Numbered from the stretch's first letter, positions 12,495 through 23,887 are shown. The stretch: 64,000 bases of DNA from Raja brachyura (GCA_963514005.1 OY740793.1:20026001-20090000), one strand, 5' to 3'. Notes: generated by a model from the sequence alone, not told the origin. Numbers and translations are program-made.

Positions 12495-13110
12495 GCCTAT
12501 CTCCTTCGCTCCTTAGATGCTGTTGCACCCGCTGAGTTTCTCCAGCGTTTTGTGTAACCCTCCCTTACATATATGTTTGTATTGAGATTGAATACAGGCT
12601 CATTGTACTTACTGCTCTAGTACGCATTGATACTTCAACCACAATAAATGTCAAGTAACAAGGATAACATAATAATTATGTCATCTCTAACATTCCATCC
12701 AATTGACCTTAGCAATAATAGTGTGGTGCATGAATTTATGGAGCATATTGGAGATATTTTTCTAGATAACAAGTTAAGGAAACAAGATGGTTCAGATCTA
12801 ATCTTGTTCTCGTTGACCTTCCCAAATGTTGGCAGGTTGACCACATGAATCTCCTAGATTTACGAGGATATTGCCAGAACTCGGGGTATGAGCTGAGGTA
12901 AGAAGGTTTGCAGGCAAGGATTTAATTCCTTGGAGCGCAGGAAAATGAGGGCTGATTTTATAGAGGTGTATAAAATCATGAGTGGAATTGATACAGTGAA
13001 TACAGTGTCTTTGCCTCACCACCACCTCAGCTACCTCCTCTATTCTCTCAGAAATAGTCATTCTGATAGTCCTACTTGATGAGCAGAAAGGTCTTGCTAA
13101 CTAAGTAATT

Positions 13111-13299
13111 GAAGTTAGACACAAAATGCTGGAGTAACTCAGTGGGCAAGGCAGCATCTATGGAGAGAAGGAATGGGCGACGCTTCAGGTCGAGACTCTT
13201 CTTCAGATGAAGGGTTTCGACCCGAAACATCACCCATTCCTTCTCTCCAGAGATGCTGCCTGTCCCGCTGAGTTACTGCAGCATTTTGTGTCTAACTTC
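13111..13299. repeat. Near-perfect 189-bp palindrome of Penelope terminal sequence
   Basis: GAAGTTAGACACAAAATGCTGGAGTAACTCAG...CTGAGTTACTGCAGCATTTTGTGTCTAACTTC, with back-to-back hammerhead-like cores in the centre. Confidence 0.85.
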
Positions 13300-13604
13300 C
13301 AAGATACATATTGTCCTCCAACTCTGGCACAATATACATCTCTAACTTCAATCACTTCACCATGGACTTCTGTGCCTTCATCTATTCCCAACACTTGAAT
13401 TTCTTTTCCAAGCCTCTCAGCTTCTCAACATCTCTTTCCTCTTCTTAAAATCAACCTAATTTGTTCTAGCATCTACTTTTTCCACAGTGCCAAGTTTTGT
13501 CACCAGTGCCTGCTGGTTTGCCTGCATGTTTAATTACACAACTCTCAGAAGTTCTAACAGTCTTTTCTAATCCACTTTGAATGTGTTTATAGGAAATTAA
13601 TGAG

Positions 13605-13945
13605 AGTGGAACACAATGATAGAGTGGATGCAGAGAGGATGTTTCCACTTGTGGGAGAGTCCAGAACCAGAGGTCATAGCCTCAGAATTAAAGGACGTTC
13701 CTTTAGGAAGGAGATGAGGAGGAATTTCTTTAGTTAGAGGGTGGTGAATCTGTGGAATTAATTGCCACAAAAGGCTGTGGAGGCCATGCCAATGGAGATA
13801 GATAGATTCCTGATTAGTACGGGTGTTCAGGGGTTATGGGGAGAAGGCAGGAGAATGGAGTTAGGAGGGAGAAATAGATCAGCCATCATTTAATGGCAGA
13901 GTAGACTTGATGGGCCAAATAGCCTACGTCTGCTTCTATCACATG
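13605..13945 (+). mobile_element. CR1 LINE 3' fragment
   Basis: Encodes FPLVGESRTRGHSLRIKG...VVNLWN, followed by the 3' UTR. Confidence 0.85.
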
Positions 13946-14138
13946 AAGGAACTGCAGATGCTGGAATCTTGCATAGAACACAAAGTGCTGAATTAACGCA
14001 ATAGGTCAAACAACATCTCTGGAGGACATGGTTTGGCGACGTTTTAGACTGAAGAAGGGTCTCAACCTGAAATATTGCCTATCTATGTCCTTCTGAGATG
14101 CTGCCTAACCTGCTGAGCAACTCCAGCACCTTGTGTAC
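13946..14138. repeat. Penelope-derived palindromic repeat
   Basis: ACACAAAGTGCTG...CAGCACCTTGTGT arms with central CTGAAGAAGGGTCTCAACCTGAAA. Confidence 0.7.
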
Positions 14139-14424
14139 CACAATTCACACTGGTGTTGGTGCAGCTGAAATTTGAATCTTGGAGCAGGATTCTGGCAATA
14201 ATTTCAAATAAAATCTGAATAATGTGTTCTGTTCATTTGAGTTTTATTATATATAGCCTCTTATTTTAAATTGATTTTACTTCCATCAAACTTCTACCTG
14301 AATTCGGATGAGACGATTTTAGAAATGGACTTTGGATAATGTCAGATCATTTAAAATAAATCATGTTATTTGTCTGTCCAGTCATGCTGTGGTTCCAATC
14401 AATTTCTTTCCTTTAAAATGATTC

Positions 14425-14700
14425 AACCCATTATCTAGGTTGGTATTGCAGCATACTGCTGAGGGAGTGATCTGTCTCTTGGATGGGGTGTTCAATTAAG
14501 AACACCTATGAAAGATTTGTATTCACTATCTGAAGAAGTGTGACAGAGATTAGGTTACATTATTTTCACAATAATCAAGTAACTTATCTAATTTTTCATG
14601 GACATTGTAAAATTGTATCTGCTTTGTTCCCAAGCTACATTTGGAAATCTCTTCATTAATTGTGGTACTTTGTGATGTATTAAGACTGTGAAATATCTGA
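14425..14700 (+). mobile_element. Possible ancient Deu-domain SINE remnant
   Basis: Weak resemblance (ATCTAGG...ACTGCTGAGGGAGTG...CACTATCTGAAGAAG) to the recalled Deu-SINE consensus; highly degraded. Confidence 0.3.
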
Positions 14701-14744
14701 TACAACAGTAGACTCTTTATTTAATACTATAAGACATAGAGTAA

Positions 14745-15022
14745 TAGATTCATAGAATCATACTGAGGCCCCACTTACCCATGCCAACCAACATGCCCCA
14801 TCCGCACTAGTCCCACCTTCCTGCATTTGGCCCATAAACTTATTCTATCCTTAATGTTTCTTAAACGTTGCAATAGTACCTGCCTCAACTACCTCTTTCG
14901 GCATTTCATTCCATACACCCACCACCCTTTATGTACAAAACGTTACCCCTCAGGTTCCTATTAAGTCTTATCCCCTACGTCCTCTCGTTCTCAATTCCCT
15001 ATTCTCGAAAAGGACTGTGCAT
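14745..15022 (-). mobile_element. CR1 LINE 3' fragment
   Basis: The reverse complement matches the plus-strand copies at 44190-44620 and 52822-53325. Confidence 0.75.
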
Positions 15023-15519
15023 ATAGGAGCAGAATTAGGCCATTCAGCCCTCCGAGGCCTATGTGAAAGTCTGATAACCTTAAACTGTTAAAATAATTCA
15101 AAAGACACAAGTCTCATTCATGTCTTTACTAGAATCACCTAGGTGGGAGAGAAACATGCATGTAACACCAGCTCACCCATGCGCCTGCTACCCTTCTCTC
15201 AAGGAATACAAAGAAGTACAAGCTCTATTTATACCTAATAGAACAGCTTAAGATACATGTAGTATTTTTCCATAGACACATAAAAAAGTCATGTTGCAAA
15301 GAGACATAATAGAGTCCCTTTAATTGTGTTAAGGAGCACATGGGAGTTATTAGGGAGTATCAGGGAGTTACAGAAACAAGAAGGTTCTATTGTTAGATAA
15401 GAAAATATCAGAATGTCTAACCTCAGAGAAACAAATTGTTATCAGTGTTTCGCTAGCATTGTGAAGGTCATGTAACGTCTGCTGTAAGGCCCTGTTGCAA
15501 TTAGCACAATGCAATACAC

Positions 15520-15922
15520 AATGAAGTTTAGGAGGATGAGAGGGAATCTCATTGAAACATATAAGATTGTTAAGGGCTTAGACACGCTAGAGGCAGGAAA
15601 CATGTTCCCGATGTTGGGGGAGTCCAGAACCAGGGCCCACAGTTTAAGAATAAGGAGTAAGCCATGTAGAACGGAGACGAGGAAACACTTTTTCTCACAG
15701 AGAGTGGTGACTCTGTGGAATTATCTGCCTCAGAAGGCAGTGGAGGCATGTTCTCTGGATGCTTTCAAGAGACAGCTAGATAGGGCACTTAAAAATAGCG
15801 GAGTCAAGGGATATGGGGAGAAGGCAGGAACAGGGTACTGATTGGGGATGATCAGCCATGATCACATTGAATGCCAGTGCTGGCTCGAAGGGCCGAATGG
15901 CCTACTCCTGCACCTATTGTCT
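15520..15922 (+). mobile_element. CR1 LINE 3' fragment
   Basis: ORF 15509-15841 (FRRMRGNLIETYK...GYGEKAGTGY) plus 3' UTR. Confidence 0.92.
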
Positions 15923-15989
15923 ACACGTCTGCCATCTTGTATGAAAGATTTAATCTACAACAAACTGAAACTTCTAGAAGGTCACTTGA

Positions 15990-16530
15990 CAGTGCGAACT
16001 CTATCATCAAGTTCGCTGACGACACCACTGTTGTGAGACGTATCACTGATGGGGATGAGTCAGAGTATAGAAGAGAGATCGAGCAACTGTCCATATGGTC
16101 CCAGCACAATAACCTGGTCCTGAACACCAGCAAAACCAGGGAACTGATTGTGGACTTTGGAAGGAGTAGGATGGGGACCCACAGTCCTGTTTATATCAAC
16201 GGGTCGATGGTTGAAAGGGTCAAGAGCTTCAAATTCCTGGGCGTGCACATCTCTGAAGATATTTCCTGGTCCGAGAACACAAATGCAATTATCAAGAAGG
16301 CACATCAGCGCCTCTACTTCCTGAGAAGATTATGGAGAGTCGGTTTGTCAAGGAGGACTCTCTCTAACTTCTACAGGTGCACAGTAGAGAGCATGCTGAC
16401 TGGTTGCATCGTGGCTTGGTTCGACAACTTGAGCACCCTGGAGAAGAAAAGACTACAAAAAGTAGTGAACACCGCCCAGTCCATCATCGGCTCTGACCTT
16501 CCTTCCTTCGAAGGGATTTATCGCAGTCGG
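15990..16530 (+). mobile_element. Rex1/Babar LINE RT fragment
   Basis: IIKFADDTTVV...LNTSKTRELIVDF...FKFLGVHI...KKAHQRLYFLRRL...FYRCTVESMLT are typical Rex1-group RT C-terminal motifs. Confidence 0.9.
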
Positions 16531-18134
16531 AGCCTGGTTTCGGAGACTTGCTCCATCTAGGAGGTGGACTCCCCCTTAAAAAAAAATACTTTTTTTTTCT
16601 CTTTCAATTTCTGTTGCTGGCATGTACTTCAATTTAACATTCAAAGCAATGTTTTTACTCTTTTGTATAATTACTCAGCTCCTGGAGAAATTTTGGCAAC
16701 TTATCTTGTGACTCTCTTGTGACATGTCTTCAAGTTCCTTCAGAATGTCATCTTCCTCAAATTCTTTCTTTTTCTTCTTTTGCAGTCTGCGAAGCCTGCT
16801 TGTCTACTAAATTAATACTTAAAATGCCGGCTATAGCTGGAATAAAATGGCTGCTACTGCATTAACTCTTACACCTCTCTGTAATTCAATCATGGCTGAT
16901 CTATTTTCCCTCTCAACCCCATTCTCCTAGTTACCATTGATTCCTCCTCATGGCAATTTCAGTAAATTATTCACCCAACCTATCTCAGCGGCAGTTAATT
17001 CCGTTATGACTTTGAGTTGGACTGAACATGATCATCATACACAATGAAAGTGGGTAATGCACGCAACCTCATTGTAGCCATGATTCCTTTATCATGTCTT
17101 TGCTTCGACCTCTTCCATTGTTTGAAAAAAGTACCTTTGACCTGTGTGTGATTAGCTTTGGACACATTGTTTCTTACTATTTCATAACTTGTACACAGTT
17201 GGAGTTCGACTGTGCAGTTAACCCCATTTCACCAAGTGGAATTGTCGAGTTGTAAATGTCCGAAAAAATAGTTGTGATCATCAATATAATGAGTAAAGTG
17301 ATAAGAAGGGGCAGCAATGGATCAATGAATTTATGCAGCTGCAGACATCACAAATTAATAAATTTATGGAACAATACGCTTTAGTGAATGAATTAATTAA
17401 GAGTAGCTGGCATCAGCAATAGAATGAAACGATAGAAATACCAACAAATTAATACAAAAATTAAATAACAGATGCACTAACAGCAGAAAATTAATGAAGC
17501 ACCAGACACCAGCGAATTAGTAAATTCATAGATCAATGAGCAGTGCAACAGCTCAGTAGCAGGCACTCGTAATTAATAATCCTTATCATTATTATTGCAA
17601 CTTCATGGCTTGGTGCCCATTGACTGAAATTTGCTGGTTCACTATCACTTTACGTTTCAAAGTGTTTTAAATTGCTCAGTATGTTTTGCAGGTAAGGGTA
17701 AATGCAAGAATGGCTTGAAAGCATTTTAATATGAGAATAGAGAAAACTTGTTTAATTGCAAAAAAACAATACACAATTTAGATAGCTGTAAGGGATTCTT
17801 GTTTAGGACTGTAGTGATAATTTACCCAAGAGGGAGAAGTGAGACATTAGAATAGACTTAAAAATGAGCTAAGGATCAGAATTTTGCAAAATGGGGTTAT
17901 CAAGGCCTCAGTAAAAGCTTTGATGCCACGATAGTTTCTAGTTCCCCCACAAATTATTTTTCAAAGACGTATACTTGGATGATCACAATAACCGACAGTA
18001 AATGGGGCAGCTGGTTAAATGTAATTCGAGGTTCAAAACAAATCCTGAAAAACAGGATTAATAAAGATGATGTAGAGTCTATCAACTGTGTAGTAATCTT
18101 CCCACAGAATACACGGATACATGATAAAAAAATA

Positions 18135-18986
18135 CTATGATTTTTTTAGTGGGTTTTAAAGTGTGTTTTTAATGTTTCTTTGTGTGTCTTGTGTGGGGGT
18201 TGGTGTGGGGGGGTGAGGGGGAAACCGTTTCGGTCGCCTCCTTCACAGAGAGGCGACTTTTTCCAGGTTGCCTCCCCCGTGGCCTAACAACAAGGATCGA
18301 GCGGCCTTTCCCGGAGACGCGCCCGGGGCTTCAGCAGCGGGCGCAGCGTGGACACTCAGCGGGGAGCAGGTGAGCCCTCGCCGGAGGGGACCGCTCCGTT
18401 TCGCTGGCCCGCGGCAGCCAGCAGCCTGAGGTCGCAGTCTGCAGAGCTCCAGCTGGCACGGAGTCCACAGCCTGGGATCCCCCGTTGGGGACCCGGGAGA
18501 AGAAGCTTCCACCGCCGGCCCGCGGCCATCTTCTACCGTGGGCCCGGTGTGGACTTACCTTTAGGAGCGGGGTCCCTCGCTGGGGACCCCTGGAGGGGAG
18601 CTTCGACTGCCGGCCCTGTGGTCTGCGGCACTTTTGGCTGCGGCGGGGACTTTAAATCTTCGACCTCCAGCCTGCAGCCTACGCCAACCTGAAGCCGCGG
18701 TCTCCGGTGGGGAAGAGCCAATTCTGGAATTACATGGACTTTTACCTGCCAGTACATCTGGACGCCCGTAGCGGTGGCTGCGGAGGGTTGAGGTCCCGAC
18801 CACGGGGAAAAATGGAGGAAGACTGGTCAATTTTTTTGCCTTCCACCAGTGATGAATGCTGTGGTGGATGTTTGTGTTCAATTTTTAGTGTGTTTTTGTG
18901 TGTTCTTTATCATTGTACCGCTGCTGACAAATTCATTTCATTTGCACTTTGTGTGCAATGTGACGAATAAAACTGATTGATTGATT
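18135..18986 (+). mobile_element. GC/CpG-rich non-coding retroposon with Rex-like 3' tail
   Basis: Sharp GC-rich block with internal degenerate repeats. It ends ATTTCATTTGCAC...TGTGACGAATAAAA(CTGATTGATTGATT), resembling the Rex/Babar tails in this window. The 5' boundary is uncertain. Confidence 0.5.
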
Positions 18987-19046
18987 TTACTTCGGAGTCA
19001 CGCGAGTGACTACGTGAAGAAGCCCCGCCTGACGCTGGATCGGCAT
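18984..19046. repeat. DIRS left terminal repeat
   Basis: 18984-19020 is the exact reverse complement of ICR 23549-23585. 19011-19046 is the reverse complement (35/36) of 23779-23814. Confidence 0.95.
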
Positions 19047-19200
19047 TACGTCATCGCTGTCGGCAGTGGAAAGAGCTGCAGAGCGCAGCTCCACACAGCG
19101 GTAAGGAACCGGCCCGCAGGTAAGAGAGTTTTTCGTTTCTAGGGTGGGTTTCAGAAATCCGTAGCCTGGTGGGTAAACCAGGAGGAGTTAGAAAAGTAAA

Positions 19201-20316
19201 ATGGAGAAAGCCAAAAAACAGCGGGTAAAATGTGCGTCCCGGGGTGCAGAGGAGTCGGGACAGGAGATTATTGCAGAGCCGGTTCCGATACCGGTGGCCG
19301 TTGAAATACCCGTTAGTGAGGCTTTGATTGCTCCACAATCAGAAACTTTGGAGGAAAACCCAGTGCCTAAAAAATGTAAAAGAAAAGCTGAAAGGCCTGA
19401 GGTTTCTGAGGACTCTGATTCTGAAGGTCCAGAAAGAAAAGCCTTATGGCTCAGAATGGACCAAATGGAGAAAATGCTCCAAACTATTATCAACCAAGGG
19501 TCTAAGAACCCAGAATATTCCCAGGCAGCCCCTGAGGGGGTTCCATATCATGAATATGGTGCCAGTTTGAATTGGGAATTTGAAACTCCAGTGCCTGGGA
19601 TTGGACTGGAGGAAGTCTCCTTTGAACAAGTTTCAGGAGTACCAGGGCTGTATGAGACAGACCCTGAAAGTGGTGATTGCAGTCCGGAGTACACACCACA
19701 ATACAATTATATTGATCCAGGTGTGCCTGATGTGGCACAAAGTTTTGCTATACCTAGAGGAGGCGGTGAGGCCATGGAAGAAAACCTGGCGGCCAATATT
19801 AATTATATGGTCTCTCACCCGCTTCAAGAAGCTGTTATGGTTGAGACAGCAGAATTGTATAAAACACCTATCAATTGTGCCTCATTGAAGGTACCTACGG
19901 TGAATCCGGGTGTTTGGGCGCCAATGTCATCGATGATGCGGGCGAAGGAGATTCGATTTCAAAGAGTCCTCAAGCTGATTTCAGCTGGCATTACTGCCTT
20001 TGGAAGACAAGTGGAAGGTTGTGGAATGACCAAAGTTCAGAAACATATGTTGGCTTTACTTTGCAACTAATTTTTTGAGATAAATTGCATGAGGAAGATT
20101 GCCATTCAGCCTCAGTTACATCCAAGATTTGCAGGGTTGTGTAAACCAAGCAATGTTCAAACTCCTGGTTATTTGTTCGGAGAGAATTTGTCTAAGCAAA
20201 TTAAAGAAATGGATGAAGAGGCAAAAACTTTTGGTCGTATGAAACCCTTCAGCTTTGGCCAGAGAAAGGCTGGCTATATGAAAAGGGGATTTGGTTTTGG
20301 AGCTGGAACAAGCTGA
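19201..20316 (+). pseudogene. DIRS gag-like ORF1 with premature stop
   Basis: ORF 19201-20070 continues in frame into 20089-20316 (P.NC..LKVP.VN..VW; YLFGENLSKQIK). TAA at 20068-20070. Confidence 0.8.
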
Positions 20317-20325
20317 GGCAGGAGT

Positions 20326-22276
20326 ATGATTAGAAAGAATTTCCAGCCAACACAGCCGAATGTACACCCATTTATTGGGAAAAGGAGATCATTTCGTCCA
20401 GTTGGAGAGGTACATAAACTTTATCCTATTAAAGAAGAATGTTTGGATGAACCCCAGATTGGTGGTAGTCTCCGAATGTTTTATAATGAATGGGACAATA
20501 TAACAGCTGATCGTGTTGTATTAGATACTGTGCTAGGATCTACCATTGATTTTGTAACAGGTATGGATCCATTGGGACAGAATAAGCCTAGCCATTCTTT
20601 GATGTTTTCAGATCTTGAAAAAAATTCAAATTGACAAAGAGGTTAAGAATTTGAGTAAAAAAGGAGTTATTGAGAAAACAGGAGAGGATCCACAACAATT
20701 TGTATCAAATATTTTCCCCAGACCAAAGAAAGATGGGGGTTGTAGAATCATTTTAGATCTCACACAATTGAATACATTTGTCCAGTATAAACATTTTAAA
20801 ATGGACACATTCTACACTGCAATGCAGTTGGTATCGACAGGTTGTGATATGGCTACAATAGATTTGAAGGATGCATATTATTCGGTCCCAATTCATCATA
20901 GTTTTCGCAGGTATTTAAAGTTTAAATGGATGGGACAGCTGTGGCAATACAAAGCATTACCTAATGGATTAAGTTCAGCACCTAGATTGCTCACTAAATT
21001 GTTGAGCAACTGCTAAGGGCACAAAAACACATCGTTATGGCTTATCTAGATGACATTTTAATTGTCAATGTTAATCAGGAGTCAGCTGGAAAATCAGTCT
21101 CAACAACTACAAGCTTGTTTGAGAAGTTGGGTTTCCTGATCCATCCAACAAAATCTAAGTTACAGCCATCCCAAACCATTGAATATCTGGGGTTTGTGAT
21201 TAACTCAGTTACCATGTTGGTAACTTTACCAATGGATAAGGTGTTAGATTTGACAAATGTGTCAGAACCTGATTAACAAACCTTATCCCTCCATCCGAGA
21301 GGTTGCCAAGGTTATTGGTAAGTTGGTAGCAGCATTTCCAGCAGTAGAATTTGGTCGTCTACATTACCAAAATCTTCAAAGGGCAAAAACTCAAGCGCTT
21401 ATTCAGCGAGCAGGCCATTTTGATAGGCCTATGCAATTGCCTAAGGAAGCTTTATCAGAATTACATTGGTGGGTTGAGAATGTTCCACAAGCTGCTAAGA
21501 ACATTTTAGTTCATCAGCCAGTAGTGTTTTTGCAAACTGACGCAAGTTCTCTCGGATGGGGGGCTACGGATAATGAGACCAGCTGTGGAGGCAGATGGGC
21601 TGTTCAAGAGGATTTATTGCTCCAAACATATGGTATTAATTATTTGGAGCTACTGGGAGCATTTTATGGATTAAAAGCTTATTGCTCTACATTAAAAGAT
21701 TTGCATGTCCAAATACAAATAGATAATACCACAGCTGTGGCATATATCAATCACATGGGTGGTGTCAGATCAATATCATGTGATCATCTGGTAAACCAGA
21801 TGTGGCAATGGTGTATGGGAAAAAATATTTGGCTTTCAGCTATTTATCTCCCGGGGAGAGACAATGTTGTGGCAGACAAAAGATCACGAATATTTAAAGA
21901 CAATACAGAATGGATGTTAAATCCACAAATTTTCAGAAATATTGTCAGTCGGTATGGAGTACCGGACATTGATCTGTTTGCATCTAGATTGAATCACCAA
22001 TTGCCCAAATACGTGTCTTGGGAATACGATCCAGGGGCAGTAGCGGTGGATGCTTTCTCGCTACACTGGGGGAATATGTTCTTTTATGCTTTTCCCCCAT
22101 TCTGTCTGATTGGGCAATGTCTCAAGAAAATAGCGCAAGACGCTGCCAAAGGCATTTTGGTGGTGCCAAATTGGCCTACGCAATCATGGTTCCCATTGAT
22201 GCTTAAAATGATTATTGAACCATGTATGACAATTCCCAGTTGCGACAATCTGTTGACACAACCAGTAACAAAATAA
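20326..22276 (+). pseudogene. DIRS pol: reverse transcriptase, RNase H and Dam-like methyltransferase (frameshifted)
   Basis: RT motifs KKDGGCRIILDL, IDLKDAYYSVPI, LPNGLSSAPR and YLDD. RNase H motifs TDAS, INYLEL, DNTTAVAY and ADKRSR. MTase motifs DIDLFAS and YAFPPF. Split over four ORFs by frameshifts. Confidence 0.93.
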
Positions 22277-22332
22277 ATTCATCCATTGCATGATCATATG
22301 AATTTGTTAATCTGCAGGTTCTGACCAGACCG

Positions 22333-23291
22333 TTGCAAGAGTTTGAACTGTCGGACAGGACCGTGGATGTTATAGATGCAGCTTGGAGGAATAGCACTAA
22401 AAAACAATATATGTCGCATATAAGGAAATGGGAAGCTTTTTGTACACAGTCAAAGATATCTTATCATACTGCAAACATTTCAAATGTATTGGAGTTCCTT
22501 GGTGGGTTACACTTTGATGAACATTTGAGTTATAGTGCCATTAATTGTGCTCGTAGTGCATTGTCATCCTATTTAGGACAAATTTCGGGTCGGGATTCAG
22601 TTGGGTCTCACCCATTAGTATCCCGATTCATGAAAGGAATTTTCAATAAAAATCCTCCCAAGCCCAGATATACAGAAATTTGGGATGTTAGCATTGTTCT
22701 CACTTTGCTTAAATAATGGACTCCAATTAATTCAATGTCTTTGCAGAAATTAACATTCAAGGTGGTTATGTTAATGGCATTGGTATCAGCTCAAAGAGTA
22801 CAAACTTTGCAATTGTTAGGGTTGGATTTCATGCATGTGACTACAGATAACATTGTGTTTTATGTTTATGACTTGATCAAACAAAGCAGACCAGGGAGAA
22901 CTGGAATGAAGGTAATGTTTAAAGCATATCCTATTGATGAAACATTATGTGTAGTTAAGCATTTAACTCAATACATTGAGGTAACCAAAAATCTCAGAGG
23001 TTCTGAGAAAGCGTTATTGATAACACACAAAAAGCCACATACTAAAGTTTCAGTTCAAACCATTTCTGATGGTTAAAACAGGTTTTGGGTCTAGCAGGAA
23101 TAGACACTGATGTGTTTAAATCTCACTCCACTAGGGCGGCAGCTACGTCCGCGGCGAAGGTACAGGACGTACCACTCGATCAAATTTTAGAGGCCGCAGG
23201 GTGGTGTAGAGAAGAAACATTTTCAAAGTTCTACGACAAACCTGTTGTCACGGTGCCAGGATTTGGACACGCAGTACTGGGTTCTCTTTAA
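22333..23291 (+). pseudogene. DIRS tyrosine recombinase (in-frame stop plus frameshift)
   Basis: SAQRVQ (catalytic R), KQSRPG, HSTR (HxxR), AAGW and FSKFY (catalytic Y). Stop at 22714-22716; frameshift near 23070. Confidence 0.92.
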
Positions 23292-23548
23292 ATGCTTGCT
23301 TTGTTTTATATTATTGATTTATATTATTGATTTATGTTACCATTGACATCAGTTATCAATTTTTCTTTTGTAATTTTCCCCTGTGATAGAGGGGTTATTA
23401 TTATTAAAAAAGTTGTTCTTTTTTATGATTAAAGGACTTATTACATAAATTGTAACAATGTCTTAAAATACTATTTACTCACTACTGTTTTGACTAAACA
23501 GAGAGTTGTATGGAATGAATTTACAACATAAAAAACAGAGCTTTAAAA

Positions 23549-23661
23549 TCTTCACGTAGTCACTCGCGTGACTCCGAAGTAAAATAGTAAGATTAAACGA
23601 GAACTTACCTGTTCGAAGTTTGATCTTTATTTTATGAGGAGTTACGATGAGGGATTACGTG
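23549..23661. repeat. DIRS internal complementary region (ICR)
   Basis: 23549-23585 is complementary to the left terminus (37/37) and 23583-23661 to the right terminus 23809-23887 (79/79). The two parts overlap at AAT. Confidence 0.97.
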
Positions 23662-23778
23662 CCCTCCACTCCCAACCCTCATAATGTAAATGATCATCTG
23701 GTAGTTCTAGTCTATTTTGAACCTTACTATTTTACTTCGGCTATTGGTTCTGTGTTTTTTATGCCGCTGCTTTGAAGT

Positions 23779-23887
23779 ATGCCGATCCAGCGTCAGACGG
23801 GGCTTCTTCACGTAATCCCTCATCGTAACTCCTCATAAAATAAAGATCAAACTTCGAACAGGTAAGTTCTCGTTTAATCTTACTATT
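23779..23887. repeat. DIRS right terminal repeat with extension
   Basis: Complementary to the left ITR (36 bp) and to the ICR (79 bp); ends TACTATT. Confidence 0.95.

Larger units (their letters stand above)
18984..23887 (+). mobile_element. Full-length DIRS1-type tyrosine-recombinase retrotransposon
   Basis: Gene order gag, RT/RNaseH/MTase, YR. Split inverted termini plus an internal complementary region. ATT at both ends (18984-18986, 23885-23887). No TSD. Confidence 0.97.

Noticed and set aside
15072-15444. Solo LTR (TGATAAC...GTTATCA, minus-strand TATAAA)
   Set aside because: Short inverted ends are present but there is no TSD and no second copy; unsupported.
15871-16560. 229-aa ORF as a host gene
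   Set aside because: Chimera of a CR1 3' UTR, spacer and Rex1/Babar RT fragment.
18182-18970. Overlapping GC-rich ORFs or a CpG-island promoter of a host gene
   Set aside because: The ORFs are expected by-products of high GC. The block ends in a poly(A) signal plus microsatellite tail typical of a retroposon.
20326-23291. Bacterial retron/DGR or prophage-like RT, methylase and integrase system
   Set aside because: The domain order and ITR/ICR architecture are fully explained by a eukaryotic DIRS1 retrotransposon.
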